4,521 bases of DNA from a virus (lineage: Duplodnaviria; Heunggongvirae; Uroviricota; Caudoviricetes), in IMG/VR virus record IMGVR_UViG_2740892433_000001; one strand, 5' to 3'. This document shows, piece by piece, positions 1 through 4,521 of the stretch. Under the pieces are notes generated by a model that worked only from the letters and a program-made list of their open reading frames with translations, was not told where the DNA came from and ran no database searches. Position 1 is the first letter of the stretch, and the number at the start of each line of letters is the position of its first letter. Both the position numbers and the translations under genes were made by a program.

Positions 1-250
1 CCGGATAACGCCAGCGTCGCGAGTGCCTCCTGGGCAGTCAGGCTGTCGCCGGACACCGCATCCGTCAGGCGGCTGANGGTGCCTCTCCGGCAGTCAGACT
101 GTCGCCGGATACCGCATCCGTCAGGCGGCTGATCCCAAGCTGGCCTGCAAGCGCACAAAAGAAAACCCGCGCATAGGCGGGTTCAAGCATCAGCGGCTCA
201 TTAAAAGCCATGCTGGCAATATGCGGGAGATTACGCAGCTCTGCTGTCAC
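1..250 (-). CDS. C: Head protease/scaffolding protein C (lambda gpC), N-terminal part only; gene continues beyond window start. Frame is broken in this sequence by a 56-nt N-marked tandem insertion (78-133).
   Basis: GTG start at 250..248 followed by translation VTAELRNLPHIASMAFNEPLMLEPAYARVFFCALAGQLGIS..., which I recognise as the lambda gpC N-terminus. Bases 1-60 on the minus strand read AVSGDSLTAQEALATLALSG in the frame that is continuous with the N-terminus once the 56-nt insertion is removed. Start overlaps the B stop by 20 nt, as in lambda. Confidence 0.85.
22..132. repeat. Direct tandem duplication, period 56 nt, N at junction (pos 77); inside C; frameshifting.
   Basis: 22-76 (agtgcctcctgggcagtcaggctgtcgccggacaccgcatccgtcaggcggctga) vs 78-132 (ggtgcctctccggcagtcagactgtcgccggataccgcatccgtcaggcggctga); anchors cagtca at 35 and 91, ggctga at 71 and 127. 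Confidence 0.9.
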
Positions 251-1888
251 TCTTCTCCTCCTCTGTTGATTGTCGCAGTCCGGATTCAAATGCCGCAGCC
301 GCCCAGGCGGGCGGTTTAAGACCGGCTGCACGGCGCTCCATCGTTTCACGGACCTGCTGGGCAAAAATTTCCTGATAGTCGTCACCGCGTTTTGCGCACT
401 CTTTCTCGTAGGTACTCAGTCCGGCTTCTATCAGCATCACCGCTTCCTGTACTTCTTTCAGACCATCGATGGCCATACGACCGGAGCCTATCCAGTCACA
501 GTTCCCCCAGGCACTGCGGGCTTCCTGAAAGCTGAAGCGCGCTTTTGAAGGTAACGTCACCACGCGGCGAACGATAGCCTCTTCCAGCCAGCACAGAAAC
601 ATCTGGCTCGCCTGACGGGATGCGACGAATTTTCGCCGCCCCATAAAGTACGCCCACGACTCGTTCGCACTGGCCCGTGCCGTGGAGTAGCTCATCTGGG
701 CGTAATTCCGGGAAAGCTGCTCATACGAGACACCCAGTCCGGCAGCGATATACCGCAGCAGTGACTGCTCAAACACGGAGTAGCCGTTATCCGTGTCCTG
801 AGCCGTCTGCAGGTTCAGAGAGTCACCCGGCATCAGGTGCGGCACTTTTGCGCCTCCCAGCCGGACCGGCGCGGCGGCGTAATACGCGGCAATTTCACCA
901 ATCCAGCCCGCCAGCTTGTCCCGCTGCTCATTACTGTTCGCGCCAAGAATAAAATCCATCGCTGACTNGGTCAGCTTGTCCCGCTGCTCCTGACTGTTCG
1001 CGCCCAGAATAAAATCCATCGCTGACTGCGTATCCAGCTCACTTTCAATGGTGGCGGCATACATCGCCTTCACAATGGCGCTCTGCAGCTGCGTGTTCTG
1101 CAGCGTGTCGAGCATCTTCATCTGCTCCATCACGCTGTAAAACACATTTGCACCGCGGGTCTGCCCGTCCTCCACGGGTTCAAAGACGTGAATGAACGAG
1201 GCGCGCCCGCCGGGTAACTCACGGGGTATCCATGTCCATTTCTGCGGCATCCAGCCAGGATACCCGTCCTCGCTGACGTAATATCCCAGCGCCGCACCGC
1301 TGTCATTAATCTGCACACCGGCACGGCAGTTCCGGCTGTCGCCGGTATTGTTCGGGTTGCTGATGCGCTTCGGGCTTACCATCCGGAACTGTGTCCGGAA
1401 AAGCCGCGACGGACTGGTATCCCAGGTGGCCTGAACGAACAGTTCACCGTTAAAGGCGTGCATGGCCACACCTTCCCGAATCATCATGGTAAACGTGCGT
1501 TTTCGCTCAACGTCAATGCAGCAGCAGTCATCCTCGGCAAACTCTTTCCATGCCGCTTCAACCTCGCGGGAAAAGGCACGGGCTTCTTCCTCCCCGATGC
1601 CCAGATAGCGCCAGCTTGGGCGATGACTGAGCCGGAAAAAAGACCCGACGATATGATCCTGATGCAACTGGATGGCGTTGGCGGCATAGCCGTTATTGCG
1701 TACCAGATCGTCTGCGCGGGCATTGCCACGGGTAAAGTTGGGCAGCAGGGCTGCATCCACACTTTCACTCGGTGGGTTCCACGCCCGCAACTGCCCACCA
1801 AATCCGCTGCCACCGCCGTGATAACCGGCATATTCACGCAGCGATGTCATGCCGTCCGGTCCCAGAAGGGTGGGAATGGTGGGCGTTT

Positions 1889-1892
<4 letters not shown>
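231..1892 (-). CDS. B: Portal protein B (lambda gpB); contains an in-frame 60-nt N-marked tandem duplication (20 extra codons) at about 909-1028.
   Basis: ORF track gives a 553-aa product MKTPTIPTLLGPDGMTSLREYAGYHGGGSGFGGQL...EEEKSDSRAA, recognised as the lambda portal protein. ATG at 1892..1890 overlaps the W stop (ATGA). AGGA Shine-Dalgarno-like motif about 9 nt upstream on the minus strand. Confidence 0.95.
909..1028. repeat. Direct tandem duplication, period 60 nt, N at junction (pos 968); inside B; in-frame (20 codons).
   Basis: cagcttgtcccgctgctc...aataaaatccatcgctgact occurs at 912-967 and 972-1027 with 4 substitutions; encodes SAMDFILGANSQEQRDKLT and SAMDFILGANSNEQRDKLA. Confidence 0.9.
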
Positions 1893-4184
<2,292 letters not shown>

Positions 4185-4210
<26 letters not shown>

Positions 4211-4521
4211 TCAGCAACCCCGGTATCAGTTCATCCAGCGCGGCTGCTTTGTTCATGGCTTTGATGATATCCCGTTTCAGGAAATCAACATGTCGGTTTT
4301 CCAGTTCCGGAAAACGCCGCTGCACCGACAGGGGGATCCCGTCGAGAATACTGGCAATTTCACCTGCGATCCGCGACAGCACGAAAGTACAGAATGCGGT
4401 TTCCACCACTTCAGCGGAGTCTCTGGCATTTTTCAGCTCCTGTGCATCGGCCTGCGCACGCGTAAGTCNTGAGTCTCTGGCATTCTTCAGTTCCTGTGCG
4501 TCGGCCTGCGCACGCGTAAGT
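4185..4521 (-). CDS. nu1: Terminase small subunit Nu1 (lambda gpNu1), C-terminal part; 5' end lies beyond the window end. Contains an in-frame 54-nt N-marked duplication (4416-4521).
   Basis: Minus-strand translation ...LTRAQADAQELKNARDS[X LTRAQADAQELKNARDS]AEVVETAFCTFVLSRIAGEIASILDGIPLSVQRRFPELENRHVDFLKRDIIKAMNKAAALDELIPGLLSEYIEQSG*, recognised as the Nu1 C-terminus. TAA stop at 4187..4185. Confidence 0.9.
4416..4521. repeat. Direct tandem duplication, period 54 nt, N at junction (pos 4469); inside nu1; in-frame (18 codons); second copy truncated by the window end.
   Basis: gagtctctggcatttttcagctcctgtgcatcggcctgcgcacgcgtaagtc (4417-4468) vs gagtctctggcattcttcagttcctgtgcgtcggcctgcgcacgcgtaagt (4471-4521); 3 substitutions, all synonymous (gat/gac, gag/gaa, aaa/aag). 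Confidence 0.9.

Noticed and set aside
65-385. ORF 65..385 (106 aa) as a separate gene
   Set aside because: Its first 45 codons are an out-of-frame read through the B 3' end. The real gene is C, starting at GTG 250, and the apparent stop at 65 is caused by the 56-nt insertion.
1484-1837. Minus-strand ORFs nested in other frames of B and A (1130..1324, 1484..1837, 2120..2377, 2630..2821, 3244..3543, 3559..3756)
   Set aside because: Alternative-frame ORFs inside well-supported genes; no start context or recognisable product.
4416-4521. cos site / terminase binding elements (cosB, cosN)
   Set aside because: By lambda geometry these lie upstream of the nu1 start, roughly 300 nt beyond the high-coordinate end of the window. 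Nothing in the window can be assigned to them.

Overview
The window is the reverse complement of the DNA-packaging and head-assembly module of a phage-lambda-type (lambdoid) genome. All five genes are on the minus strand, in the canonical order from high to low coordinates: nu1 (3' part, runs off the window end), A (terminase large subunit), W, B (portal) and C (5' part, runs off the window start). They show the expected overlapping stop/start junctions. I recognise these proteins from memory as matching lambda gpNu1, gpA, gpW, gpB and gpC over long stretches; exact identity needs an alignment I cannot run. I see no RNA genes, CRISPR array, mobile element or novel system. The only unusual signal is that every one of the 8 ambiguous bases (N) sits at the junction of a short, near-identical tandem duplication inside a coding sequence (7 loci, 26-63 nt units). 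Copies differ mostly at synonymous third-codon positions. Three loci break the reading frame (A, W, C) and four are in-frame (nu1, A, W, B). I judge this most likely an assembly or consensus artefact from two diverged lambdoid haplotypes, not biology, but it should be checked against reads.
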